Virus record (IMG/VR): IMGVR_UViG_3300008012_000033
Coordinates: 1-55,807 of that record
Source: a virus
Lineage: Duplodnaviria; Caudoviricetes
DNA length: 55,807 nucleotides
Strand: one strand, 5' to 3'
Numbering within the stretch: the first letter of the stretch is position 1; each line of letters starts with the position of its first letter. Positions 1 to 10,250 of the stretch are shown piece by piece. The translations under genes were made by a program, and so were the position numbers. Below the pieces are notes generated by a model. It did no database searches. It saw only the letters and a list, made by a program, of their open reading frames with translations, and was not told the origin of the DNA.

Positions 1-123
1 CATCAGAGAGGTGGGCTCTACTGACCCAGATATCACTGAATACGGTAGGGTTGGTAGGGGCAATAGTGTTGAACTGACGTCAGAAAATGCTGGCTCTGTC
101 ATCGACAGAATCATCGCCTCAGG
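1..123. repeat. Terminal direct repeat, identical to 55685-55807 (circular-assembly overlap)
   Basis: catcagagag...cgcctcagg occurs identically at both ends, inside one continuous reading frame. Confidence 0.95.
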
Positions 124-3100
124 TAAAATTGTAACCACCCGCTTCTCAAATAGAGAGCAGATCATTCGTGGACTGCAAAACATCAAGAACATTATTGCTA
201 CAGTTACTGAAGCTGGGACAGGTGGCAAGGTGTTTCTGCACGGCACCACGAAAGCGTATGAAAAAGCTACAGGGGAGCGTTTTGCTAGAGGTGTGCATGT
301 GGTGTACAAGAGAAAGGACGACGGGACAGTGCAAAGCGCCGAGGTGCATTTGTTCTTGCCTGCACTAGAGGCCAACACGCCATACCACGAAGCGTTCCAC
401 CAGGCCACCTTGCAGAACGAAAATCAAGAGGATACCAAGGCAGGCACCAGACGTCTTGCTGCAACGCTGGCACGTCTGATTCCCAACATCGATGTGTTCT
501 CTAGATTCATTGCGGCATACCTGCCTGAAGAGCAACGATCAGTCCTTGCTTTGGCTGAGGCAGACCCTGCTATGCAGAGAAAGCTTCTGATGCAAATCGT
601 TGCGGAAAACGATACTGCGGCAGACGAGCTCTTGACAGAGATCAAGTCGTTGATTACATCGGGCACATTGAGTATTGATTTCAAGGCGGGCTTGATCTCA
701 GGGCTCAAGGAGTTTGTGTCTCGCACCTTTGGCACTTCTTTCAAAGACCCAAAGCTCAAGGCCGTTGTCGCAGCCATCGACGCCGCTACCCAAGCGATGG
801 CTAGGGGTGAGGCTGTAGCCGACACCGAAGCGATTATCGAAGCTGGTTTAAGATTGCAAGAGGGCCCAACAGCCATCGACGAAGAGGAGGGTGCGGTACT
901 TGAAGCTCAAGTAGATGAGGACGGCAACAGTGTGCAGCCAGGGTTGGACTCGCAAGAATCTGTCACTGAAGAGGGGCTTCCTGTTGATCCCGCCCAAGTC
1001 CAGGCCAAGAAGCAAGCCATCAATGTGGCAGGAACCTACATGGCCAACCAACCCACGGTAGACATTGCCAGTCTCTTGTCTGACTTCAAGGCTGAGAACA
1101 ATCGCAACCCTGTCGTATGGGTGTGGATGGCTGACCAGTTGAAGAGAGGCACGTACAGCAACCCTGATACGGGCGTTGAAGCACAGGTTTTGGGAGGCAT
1201 CGGATTTAGTACCGACCAGCAAAACCAAGACAACGATGTGGTGTGGGCATCAGGCTTGTCTCCCAAGACATTGAATGACAGGGTTGGTCGAGCTGACTAC
1301 ATCTTCCTGATGTCTGGCTCACCCAAGTCGGCACACAACTTCTCCAAGGGTACGTCCAAGGTGTTGATCCAGGAGATCGAAGCTGGGATGAAAAGAAATA
1401 TCGGCAAGACCTTTGGTGGCGTCGAGATTGTAGAGGGGTCGTTTGATGAGTTTGTGCAAATCACAAACTCTCTCCTGAAGACCAAGACAGAAACAAAGAA
1501 GTGGATGGGCGTGCTCAAGGCTTTGAACAGCCGAGGCAAAGACGTTGTCGATCACCCATCACGCAAAACATTTGTGCAGAACATGCTGCACCAAGGCATG
1601 GGCGTCAAGCCATCCCTTGAGTTTCATACGTTCTTGCACGACGAGCTTGGCGTGCCAAAGCAGGATGTCTTCAATCGACTGCTTAGAGACGAATACCTTG
1701 AAAAGATTGATGCCCAAACGGGTGACATCGTAGGCGTGTTGGAGCCTACGGGTATACAAGAGGACTCTGACGCTCACGACACCTATCAGCACTCTATCCT
1801 GGGCAAGTTTGTAGGTACACCTACCTCGCTGTTCAATGTCGTTGACATCGTGCCGACAGAAATCGTACAGCAACTGGCCAAGGCGGGCGCAGATATCGCA
1901 GCTCTGTCCAAGCCAGCCCTGATCAAAACGATTGCTGGCGACGTAGGGGGTGTGTTCTCTGAGAGCCAGATTGATTTGATCCGCAACAGCATCGAGTCTC
2001 TGTCCGATGCAGACACCACTGTTGAGTCTGTCACGAAACGTCAGGGCATCGTAAGCACTGTGGCGGATATCATGACTGAGCCAGGCTTTACACTCAAGCA
2101 GGTGGGTCGAGGCAAAAAGAAAAAGCTCGTTCTTGAAAAGACCGATCAGATACGACTGTTCAAGCCCAAGAAAGAAGAAGTCTTGAAGGTGCTAGAGGAT
2201 TCTGGCATGAGCAAAAAGGACGCTGAGGAAACATACAAGAAGGCAGTACAGTTTGCTCGGGGCCGAAGAGTCGGGCGCACGGAGCAAGGCAAGGTTGTCT
2301 CTAAGATTAGAAGAGAAAAGAACAAGCTATCTACCGAGGCAAAGAAACTGAGAGAGGAGCTGGACGCTTTGAAAAACAAAGTGTCTACGGTGCAGCAGTT
2401 TATCCGTGAGGCACGCAAGCTTATCAAAGATCGGATGGCCAAGGACAAAGGCGCATCCAAGGTGTTCACCGTAAAGCAACTGACAGAGTTTTTCAAGGTC
2501 ATGTCTCAGCTGTCTCGTTCGTCAGCTAAGAAGTTGAAGGGCAACGAGTTAGAGTACATCGATGCGCACCTGGATAAGTTGGCTGCCATCTTTGATGAGC
2601 AAGATGCCAGGGGTGCTATGGAGAGGCACCTCAAAAACTTGCAGACTATTCGTCAGTTCCAAAGCACGTTGAAGAGAAAGTCAAAGCAACGGGACTTCAC
2701 GACATACGCTGATCTTGCATTAGCCTTGTCCCGCATCAAGGCGTCCTTGATTCCTTTGGAGGAGCTTGAGGCGTTCATGAACTTGCTCAACACGGTCAAC
2801 AACAACATGCGCCGTGGACGGTTTGCCAAGGATGAGGAGGGCAACCTTGTGTTCGATGCCACTCAGTTGAATGAGGTCAAAGGATTGCAGGCGCAGCTCG
2901 ATGCATTCAAAGCAATCGAGCAAGCGCAGCAACAGGCGCAGCTACGGGCTAAGGCCGAGAGAGCCGTAGAGCGTAAGCTTTTGAAGGGCGAAGAGACCAC
3001 CTTTGAAGAGGAGTACGAAGCTATCTTAAAGAAGTTCTTCGAGAGCAGGCTTAGTGCCACGCAGAAGAGAGTCAACAAGATGGCGGAAAAGCTGGGTCTT

Positions 3101-6100
3101 GACCCACGTAATGTTGACGATCTCGAGACCATCTACTTGGAGTTGGCCAAAGAGGAGAAGGCACTGGTTGATCTAAAGAAATCTTTGATCATTGACGAAG
3201 GCATTATGCCTCTGATGCTTTTCAATGCTGAGGCTATCCTTGCCGACCCAGGGTTCCGCTTGATCATGGGCTTGCCTCAAAACGCCAACATTGAAGACGA
3301 CGAGGTCTTTAACAAAGTTCGTAAAAGATTAGACAAGCTTGAGAAGCACCACCTCTTGGCGATCGAGTACAAGCTCAATGACTACCTCGTCAATGGCAGA
3401 ACTTTTGGACTCGGATACTTGGCTGCACTCACCAAGGGGCGCATCAATTACGCCGATAAGATCACGAAACTGACAGAAAGAGGTATTTCGTCAAAGCGAA
3501 CAGCCGTTCTTGGTGTGTTGGATAACTTGTCTAGTCTGCTTAGGAATCTTTTCCGTGTGAGCAACAGAGACATTGCTCGAATCAAGGTGGCGATCGGATT
3601 GCAAGACGTGATCATGGCTATCAATGCTTTTGAACAAAGGCACTTGGAAACTGCCAACGCACTGCAAGAGAAGATTGACGAGATCAACAAGAAGTTTTCT
3701 CTCAAGGGCAAAACAGACATTACGTCGAAGCTAAGTCAAGCACTGTCGCAGATATACAGCATGTCTCGTCAGATGCCAAAAGAGTTTGTTGAAGAGGCTC
3801 GTGCTGCCTCTAGGACGCAAGAGGATTTTGAGCAGCGTCTTGCAGAAAAGCAAGCGGCATGGTATAAAGCCTTGCGTGATTCTATGCAAGCTACAATCGA
3901 GGACATAGAGCAAAATGAAAGTGCTGTTCAAGAAACGATCGACCAGTTCAAAGAAGCTTTTGACTTCTTGTTTACAGGAGAAGCAACGCTAGAGGCGTTG
4001 CAAAACCGTGTGCAGACAGGGCGCCCTGAGGTTGTAGAGATGGTGGACTTTATGGTCGATCTGCACGAACGAGCTAGGCCCGACTTGGAAATCTTTGCAG
4101 AAAGATTTCTTGGGAAAGAGCTTGGCGTCCTCGACAACTACACGCCATTCCAGGTTAGAAAAACTTCAAAAGATGAGGATGTAGAATCTGTCATGGCCTT
4201 GCGCAATGCATTGGTTAGCAGGATGCAAGCCTCATCAAAAGGTGGGGTACAGAAAACTCCTGGTGCAACTTTCGAGAGAGAGCAAAGGGCTGTGGGTGGT
4301 GAAGCAATCTTGGGATTGAATTTCATCGACATCAACCACAACACCCTGAGGGAGAATGCGTTGATTACTACAGCTTTGGGGGACATCCTTGCGATGGAGT
4401 ATGCGTTTGGAACGGAAGCGTTTGGCAACTTGGTAAAAGACGAAGCTGGTGGTCAGCTCAAGCAATACGTCAGGGATTTCTTGCAGGTTGAAACACAAAG
4501 CGAACCGTTTATCTTCCGCAGTCGTGTTCGTGTTGGCGGTAAGGCATTGTTGAACCCCATCGAATCCTTGCGTGCTGCGGCGGTTGTTGGTGCATTCGGA
4601 TCGATTTTTGTTCAGGTTGTCAAACAGGGCACCGTCGGCTTGGCGACATTCATGAATATGCGGAGCATCAGCTCCATGATGTATTTCATGCAAGAGTCCG
4701 CAAGCATCCTTGCATTGACATTTGTCGGGACAGATATTGAGGGCAAGCGTAAGGTCTTGAGCGATCCTACTGTTAAGCTTCCTGGAGACAAGTTCGAGTT
4801 GCTCAAAAGAAGTGCAGCATTTTTGAGAGACTACCGTGCAGGAAACATCGACCCGTTCCAAGGCAACACAAACTTTGACAGGTCTAGAATGCGACGGTTG
4901 AGAGACACGTTCACAAACAAGTCTTTGTGGGCTTTGACTACAACGGATAAGGCGGTTGCTGTTGCTTCTTTCTTTGCTTACTACGCTGACTTCTTAATTG
5001 AACAGGGTGTTGTGACGAGCGCATCTGATATTGATTGGACGAACGAAGCAGCCAATCCCAATGCAGAAGCCTTGGCGTATGCCGACAACATGCTTGAAAA
5101 AGATCAGAACACTTCAAGTGCTCGAATGGCAGCAGCCATTTACAAAAGAGATGGTGGTGCTGGTCGAAGCTTGATGCAAGCGTTCTTCCCGTATCAAAGT
5201 TTTGCGATCAACACAAAGAGGTCGTTGACATCGGATGTGGGAAGACTTCTTATGGGTGTAGATGCACAAGCAAGAAAGGATGGACTCAGAGGTTTTGCTG
5301 CAACCATGTCGTCCTTGTTTGCCTTCCACATCGCATCTAAAATGACGATGGCACTCTTCAACGAGATTGTCAAACAAGCGATGGGTGATGATGATGACGA
5401 AGAGAAGGAGTTTGATGCAGTTCAAATGTTGAAAGAGTCTGGTGTGAGTGCTGCGGTTGATGCTCTTCCCGTTCCATCTATAGGTATGGTTGACGACAAT
5501 GTTCGAGATGCCTTTAACTACCACTTGTTCTTCAACGAAGCGGACTACGACATCCCTGGACTCGAAAAAGAAGACAAGTTTGCCTTGTTCAAAAAGTATG
5601 GTGGTGCTGTCCCAACTTATGGAGACAGCTATGCGGACATGGCAAAGAATGAAAAAGAGCCAGGGGCTAGAGCTTTGTACACTTTGCTTGGGTTGACAGG
5701 GCCAGCGGGACAAAAGTTCAGAGACATCACGACATCAATTGATCGACTGAAGAGAGATGGTAAGTCGTATACGACCAACTCAGGAAGCGAAAGGTTTGTG
5801 AGACCTGAAGATCAAGAGCACATGCAGATCAGCACGGTCTTGAGGGCAACACTACACGGAGCTAACCTTGTGGGCTTGGGTGTCAAAGAGTTGGACTACT
5901 TTGCCAAGGCTATGGACGACATGCCTATGAATAGATCGCTGACCAGTGAGGAAGAGGCTGCGGCATACGAGTTTGTGACACAAGCTTTCAGTGACGACCC
6001 AGAGCTTCAAGCTTACCTTGAAGCTGGCGAAGACATAGGTGTTGACAAGCTCATGCGTATCTTGAAGATGCAAGCAGAAAGCGACTTGACAACGCTAGAC

Positions 6101-6385
6101 AAAAACATCAGCGTCTCAAAGTTCAAGTCTGCTTTGAAGCCCGCTGTAGCTGAGAAGCTGTTGCAAAACATCATGCCTGAACAATACAGTCAGCATGCGA
6201 ACGAGATGCGTAGATTGTCCAAAGAAAGCTCTAAGAAAATCGCCTCTGTTCTCAAGGCCAAAGAGAGGGAGATGACCGAGGAAGAGTACAACGCATACTT
6301 TAATTTTGCTTTCTTTTACTTAGGCATTAAATCTGAGGCAGGTCTCGAATCTATTCTAACAGAAAAAGCATTTGCTACACCATGA
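2..6385 (+). CDS. C-terminal two-thirds of a giant (~3057 aa) internal virion/ejected protein; continues from 52896 across the join
   Basis: Same frame as the ORF starting at 52896 once ends are joined; HExxH motif (YHEAFH, ~386-400), long coiled-coil stretches; last gene of the tail/ejection block. Confidence 0.8.
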   Translation: MREVGSTDPDITEYGRVGRGNSVELTSENAGSVIDRIIASGKIVTTRFSNREQIIRGLQNIKNIIATVTEAGTGGKVFLHGTTKAYEKATGERFARGVHVVYKRKDDGTVQSAEVHLFLPALEANTPYHEAFHQATLQNENQEDTKAGTRRLAATLARLIPNIDVFSRFIAAYLPEEQRSVLALAEADPAMQRKLLMQIVAENDTAADELLTEIKSLITSGTLSIDFKAGLISGLKEFVSRTFGTSFKDPKLKAVVAAIDAATQAMARGEAVADTEAIIEAGLRLQEGPTAIDEEEGAVLEAQVDEDGNSVQPGLDSQESVTEEGLPVDPAQVQAKKQAINVAGTYMANQPTVDIASLLSDFKAENNRNPVVWVWMADQLKRGTYSNPDTGVEAQVLGGIGFSTDQQNQDNDVVWASGLSPKTLNDRVGRADYIFLMSGSPKSAHNFSKGTSKVLIQEIEAGMKRNIGKTFGGVEIVEGSFDEFVQITNSLLKTKTETKKWMGVLKALNSRGKDVVDHPSRKTFVQNMLHQGMGVKPSLEFHTFLHDELGVPKQDVFNRLLRDEYLEKIDAQTGDIVGVLEPTGIQEDSDAHDTYQHSILGKFVGTPTSLFNVVDIVPTEIVQQLAKAGADIAALSKPALIKTIAGDVGGVFSESQIDLIRNSIESLSDADTTVESVTKRQGIVSTVADIMTEPGFTLKQVGRGKKKKLVLEKTDQIRLFKPKKEEVLKVLEDSGMSKKDAEETYKKAVQFARGRRVGRTEQGKVVSKIRREKNKLSTEAKKLREELDALKNKVSTVQQFIREARKLIKDRMAKDKGASKVFTVKQLTEFFKVMSQLSRSSAKKLKGNELEYIDAHLDKLAAIFDEQDARGAMERHLKNLQTIRQFQSTLKRKSKQRDFTTYADLALALSRIKASLIPLEELEAFMNLLNTVNNNMRRGRFAKDEEGNLVFDATQLNEVKGLQAQLDAFKAIEQAQQQAQLRAKAERAVERKLLKGEETTFEEEYEAILKKFFESRLSATQKRVNKMAEKLGLDPRNVDDLETIYLELAKEEKALVDLKKSLIIDEGIMPLMLFNAEAILADPGFRLIMGLPQNANIEDDEVFNKVRKRLDKLEKHHLLAIEYKLNDYLVNGRTFGLGYLAALTKGRINYADKITKLTERGISSKRTAVLGVLDNLSSLLRNLFRVSNRDIARIKVAIGLQDVIMAINAFEQRHLETANALQEKIDEINKKFSLKGKTDITSKLSQALSQIYSMSRQMPKEFVEEARAASRTQEDFEQRLAEKQAAWYKALRDSMQATIEDIEQNESAVQETIDQFKEAFDFLFTGEATLEALQNRVQTGRPEVVEMVDFMVDLHERARPDLEIFAERFLGKELGVLDNYTPFQVRKTSKDEDVESVMALRNALVSRMQASSKGGVQKTPGATFEREQRAVGGEAILGLNFIDINHNTLRENALITTALGDILAMEYAFGTEAFGNLVKDEAGGQLKQYVRDFLQVETQSEPFIFRSRVRVGGKALLNPIESLRAAAVVGAFGSIFVQVVKQGTVGLATFMNMRSISSMMYFMQESASILALTFVGTDIEGKRKVLSDPTVKLPGDKFELLKRSAAFLRDYRAGNIDPFQGNTNFDRSRMRRLRDTFTNKSLWALTTTDKAVAVASFFAYYADFLIEQGVVTSASDIDWTNEAANPNAEALAYADNMLEKDQNTSSARMAAAIYKRDGGAGRSLMQAFFPYQSFAINTKRSLTSDVGRLLMGVDAQARKDGLRGFAATMSSLFAFHIASKMTMALFNEIVKQAMGDDDDEEKEFDAVQMLKESGVSAAVDALPVPSIGMVDDNVRDAFNYHLFFNEADYDIPGLEKEDKFALFKKYGGAVPTYGDSYADMAKNEKEPGARALYTLLGLTGPAGQKFRDITTSIDRLKRDGKSYTTNSGSERFVRPEDQEHMQISTVLRATLHGANLVGLGVKELDYFAKAMDDMPMNRSLTSEEEAAAYEFVTQAFSDDPELQAYLEAGEDIGVDKLMRILKMQAESDLTTLDKNISVSKFKSALKPAVAEKLLQNIMPEQYSQHANEMRRLSKESSKKIASVLKAKEREMTEEEYNAYFNFAFFYLGIKSEAGLESILTEKAFATP

Positions 6386-6801
6386 GAAACATTGACAGAA
6401 TTGTATTGCACTGCTCGGCTACACCCGAGGGCAAAGACTACAGCGTAGAAACGATCCGTGATTGGCACGTCAACGGAAACGGTTGGGCTGACATTGGATA
6501 CCACTACGTCATCAGACTTGATGGCAGTGTGGAGTTGGGCCGACCTATCGACAAGGCGGGTGCTCACGTCAAAGGCCACAACAAAACAACAGTGGGCGTA
6601 TGCTACATCGGAGGATGCGATGAGGGTATGCTTCCCAAAGACACGATGTCGGAGGATCAGGCTTGCGCCTTTGAAGAAATCGTAAACGGTGTGAGATGTC
6701 TTTTTGGGAAAGACATCTCCATCCACGGACACAATGAATACTCGAACAAGGCTTGTCCAAGCTTCGTCGTTCAAGAGAAGTTTTCACACCTCGACTCATG
6801 A
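6382..6801 (+). CDS. Endolysin, N-acetylmuramoyl-L-alanine amidase (Amidase_2, T7 lysozyme-like)
   Basis: Motifs IVLHCSAT, GWADIGYHYVI, GAHVKGHN, HGHNE, KACPSF. Confidence 0.93.
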   Translation: MRNIDRIVLHCSATPEGKDYSVETIRDWHVNGNGWADIGYHYVIRLDGSVELGRPIDKAGAHVKGHNKTTVGVCYIGGCDEGMLPKDTMSEDQACAFEEIVNGVRCLFGKDISIHGHNEYSNKACPSFVVQEKFSHLDS

Positions 6802-8930
6802 GATTCCTACCTCTTCTTTTACTCCCTCTGTTTGCAACAGCACAGGAGGGCTGGGTGTCCATCTCCATCCAAGGGGACGCATACGGGGAAGAAACGACGT
6901 GGCTTATTAGAGACTCAAGCGACGCCATCGTTGCAGGTTCAGCGCCTTTGCAGGGAGAGTATCCGTATGTCGAGGCGTTCCTTCCACTGCCTCTTGGTGA
7001 GTACACCTTTACCATCTACGATTCTTTTGGCGATGGCATCTGCTGTGGCTTCGGGGAGGGCTGGTTTTCGATCAACACCTGTGAGTTAGACACCACGGTG
7101 TATGACTTCAGTGCGTCAGAGATGACCGTCCCCTTCGAGGTTCTTGCCTGTCCACCACCCATCTTTGGATGTATGCAAGCGGGTGCTATCAACTATCACC
7201 CCTGGGCCAACGCTCCTGCACCTTGCGACTTCCCTCCCGTACAATGCGAAGAAGGATACAACAACATCCTTGTAACAGTTACGCCTGACACTTATGCAGC
7301 TGAGATCAGCTGGGATCTAGTCACAGTCCCAGACGGTGAAGTGGTTGCTGAGGGGTCAGGCTATTCTATTGTAGGCGCTCCCGTTGTAGAGGCTGTGTGC
7401 CTACCTGTTGGTTCGGAGTTCAGGGTGGACGTGTACGACAGCTTCGGAGATGGTATGTGCGGCAGCTGCTATGGAGGAGTAGATGGGAACCTGCTTGTTT
7501 CCAACCTGTGTGGAGAGACGCTGTACTACGTGGGTGATACTACGCAGTACGAAGTAGCATCAAGTGATACTATCGTGATCGACCCATGCTTCCCGCCCAT
7601 CCCTCAGGGATGCACCGACTCGTGGTTTACAGAGTACGATCCCAGTGCCGTGATCGATGACGGCAGCTGTCAGACAGAGGTGATACTGGGATGCACTGAT
7701 CCTCAAGCAATTAACTTCAATGAGGATGCCAATACACTGGAGACAGAAGACAACTGTGACTTTACTCTGACACTTACGGACGGAGCAGGAGATGGTTGGT
7801 TCGGTAGCTGGGTTGGAGTGCAGCAGGGCGACGAGATCTGGGGTCCGTTTACCATGTACCCTAGCGACGAGTTTGAGAAAGAGATTCAGATCCCTCTGTA
7901 CTCTGGAGAAGCAGTCAGGGTCATGTTCTTTACGCAGGGTAACGCAGAGACAACCGCATCCCAATGCGGGTTCTACTTCGACGGGCCAAGCGGTGTGTTC
8001 ATGGAGGGCGGGACCAACCCGTGGTCCGATGCCATCAAGAAGTTCCCATTTAAGTACGACGGCGTGCCTGTATGCGGAGACTTCTGCGAGGCTGGTATCG
8101 AGGGCTGCACGCTTAGCTTCGCCTGCAACTACGACCCCGAGGCAAACGTAGACGGTGACTGCACCTTCCCGATCGAGCACTACGGATGCGACAACGAGTG
8201 TATCAACGACGCCGATGGCGACGGGGTGTGTGACGAGCTTGAGGTGGTGGGTTGTCAAGACCCAACAGCATACAACTACAACGAGTCGGCCACAGATCCA
8301 GCAGAGTGCGAGGAAGTTGTGTTTGGGTGTACTGACCCCACCATGTTCAACTACAACGAGCTGGCCAACACAGAGAACAACAGTTGCGTTGAGTTCATCT
8401 ACGGATGCACCATTCCCGAGGCGATCAACTACGACCCGATGGCCAACACCAACAATGGAAGCTGTGAGTTGCCTATGCCTGGGTGTATGGACCCTGACGC
8501 TGCCAACTACAACGTGTACGCTAACGTACCCAACAACGAAGAGTGTCTGTACGACGCTGGATGCATCACTGGTCCAGGTGAGCCATACTGGGCCAACGAC
8601 TACTGCTACTCGTGGGTGATTGAGGTTGACCCCTACTGCTGCGAGGTGGGATGGGATGCGGTGTGCATCAGTCAGTACGAATACTGTGCAGGTCAGGTGT
8701 CTTCCATCACCTCGGATGTAAGGGAGATGACTTACTTCTTCCCAAACCCTACTGAAAACATCATCAACGTAGAGGCACCCACAGGCACAGTGATTACCAT
8801 CTACGATGCATCAGGCAAGAAGGTGGTGGAGACACAGGACACTCGAATCGATCTCCCATCTCCAGGGGTCTATGTCATCATGGCTAGCTATCAAGGTAGG
8901 ATTACAAAAGAAAGAATCGTAAGACAATGA
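6798..8930 (+). CDS. Secreted Cys/Asp-rich repeat protein with T9SS type A C-terminal sorting domain (710 aa from ATG 6798)
   Basis: Signal peptide MRFLPLLLLPLFATA|Q; repeated YDSFGDG-type domains; GCxDPxAxNY repeats; C-terminal FPNP..TIYDASGKKV..IDL..GVY..K.IVRQ. Confidence 0.85.
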   Translation: MRFLPLLLLPLFATAQEGWVSISIQGDAYGEETTWLIRDSSDAIVAGSAPLQGEYPYVEAFLPLPLGEYTFTIYDSFGDGICCGFGEGWFSINTCELDTTVYDFSASEMTVPFEVLACPPPIFGCMQAGAINYHPWANAPAPCDFPPVQCEEGYNNILVTVTPDTYAAEISWDLVTVPDGEVVAEGSGYSIVGAPVVEAVCLPVGSEFRVDVYDSFGDGMCGSCYGGVDGNLLVSNLCGETLYYVGDTTQYEVASSDTIVIDPCFPPIPQGCTDSWFTEYDPSAVIDDGSCQTEVILGCTDPQAINFNEDANTLETEDNCDFTLTLTDGAGDGWFGSWVGVQQGDEIWGPFTMYPSDEFEKEIQIPLYSGEAVRVMFFTQGNAETTASQCGFYFDGPSGVFMEGGTNPWSDAIKKFPFKYDGVPVCGDFCEAGIEGCTLSFACNYDPEANVDGDCTFPIEHYGCDNECINDADGDGVCDELEVVGCQDPTAYNYNESATDPAECEEVVFGCTDPTMFNYNELANTENNSCVEFIYGCTIPEAINYDPMANTNNGSCELPMPGCMDPDAANYNVYANVPNNEECLYDAGCITGPGEPYWANDYCYSWVIEVDPYCCEVGWDAVCISQYEYCAGQVSSITSDVREMTYFFPNPTENIINVEAPTGTVITIYDASGKKVVETQDTRIDLPSPGVYVIMASYQGRITKERIVRQ

Positions 8931-9961
8931 AGTACATCACCACCATCTTGTTAATTTGTTTTTCGATCACTGCATCGGGACAGTCGATCAAGAAGGCTTT
9001 GAAGTTCGCCACGTTCTACACAGCTTTCAGCGGAGGTAACTCACTGTCTGACGCAGAGGTTTTTTCTGTAGGCAATGGCTTGCAAACTGACATAGTAGAG
9101 ACGCCTTTCGATTACTCTTTGACAGCGGGCATCAGAAAGATTGCCCGCTTTGGATACGAGAACAGGGCCAACACATTCTACAATGGGACAGAGAAATCCT
9201 ACGGTGATGCTGCTACCATTGGTAAGGTTAGTGGCTTTGAGTTTCTGTTTGAAGGTGACTACAGAAGACAGCAGGGCATCAACTATCTCGATCAAGACCA
9301 TTTCCTCAGGTATGTAGCCGATCAATGGATTGCCAAGGTAGAGTTCTTGCAGGATGGTTTTGCTGATGTCCGATACTTCGAAGCCTCCGAAAGATTTCGG
9401 GCGAAGGTTGGTAAGCTTTCACTCAACGCAGGCATCATGCAGAGATTGTCTGAGCCCTACGGATACGACCCACTTAATGAGTGGGTCTTGGACAACAATC
9501 AGTTGCACTTCACCTCACTCGCTATACAAGAAGGGTATAATATAGATGTCAACACTGGACAGTTCTTCAATCCAGATGGGGAAGTCGTCGCAAACAGCTA
9601 CGACGTTTGGGAGGAGGTTGTCATCCCCGAGGTCTTGAAGGACTACGTAGATAAAAAGAGGGGCGATCTGAGGAACCAGTGGGTTCATTCAATTGTGTTG
9701 GGTTTCGATTACTATCACTTCACAAAGGACTTCTGGGTACACACTTGGGGCAACTTGATTCCATATCATCTTGACACCGATGGTGAATACTCTTACCATC
9801 GGTTTGTAAACAGTGGTCAATGGGTCGATTACTCTGGGGGCCTTATATTTGGTAAAAGATTCAACAAAAGTTTTGGTGTCTTTGCAGAAGGTAAATATCA
9901 CAAGTATTGGGATAGGTCATGGCATGACTTCTCTGTCGGCATCAACTATGTAATTATTTGA
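8927..9961 (+). CDS. Exported protein, predicted outer-membrane beta-barrel
   Basis: Signal peptide ...TASG|Q; aromatic-rich amphipathic strands; C-terminus FGVFAEGKY...DFSVGINYVII. Confidence 0.65.
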   Translation: MKYITTILLICFSITASGQSIKKALKFATFYTAFSGGNSLSDAEVFSVGNGLQTDIVETPFDYSLTAGIRKIARFGYENRANTFYNGTEKSYGDAATIGKVSGFEFLFEGDYRRQQGINYLDQDHFLRYVADQWIAKVEFLQDGFADVRYFEASERFRAKVGKLSLNAGIMQRLSEPYGYDPLNEWVLDNNQLHFTSLAIQEGYNIDVNTGQFFNPDGEVVANSYDVWEEVVIPEVLKDYVDKKRGDLRNQWVHSIVLGFDYYHFTKDFWVHTWGNLIPYHLDTDGEYSYHRFVNSGQWVDYSGGLIFGKRFNKSFGVFAEGKYHKYWDRSWHDFSVGINYVII

Positions 9962-9962
9962 T

Positions 9963-10247
9963 ATGGCTCAACAGATTGGGGAGGACACTAAGATTACGCT
10001 AGACCTAAAGACCATAGGCATGGCGGCAGCAGGGGTTGGTACAATCGTGGCCATGTGGTTTGCCCTGCAAGCAGACATCGCAGAAGCCAAGGAACTGCCA
10101 GCTCCATTAGCACCAGAGATCACACGCATGGAGTTCGACATGAAGGATCAGCTTGTCCGTCAAACAATCATGACTACGCAGGAGGATGTCACGGAAATCA
10201 AAGAAGACATCAAGCGTATTGAAGAAAAGATAGATCAATTAAAATGA
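9963..10247 (+). CDS. Small membrane-anchored coiled-coil protein
   Basis: One hydrophobic segment (IGMAAAGVGTIVAMWFAL), Pro linker, then heptad repeat VTEIKEDIKRIEEKIDQLK. Confidence 0.7.
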   Translation: MAQQIGEDTKITLDLKTIGMAAAGVGTIVAMWFALQADIAEAKELPAPLAPEITRMEFDMKDQLVRQTIMTTQEDVTEIKEDIKRIEEKIDQLK

Positions 10248-10250
10248 TAA

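Noticed and set aside
1-123. Terminal repeat as a biological direct terminal repeat
   Set aside because: It falls inside a continuous ORF, which fits an assembly overlap better than physical ends
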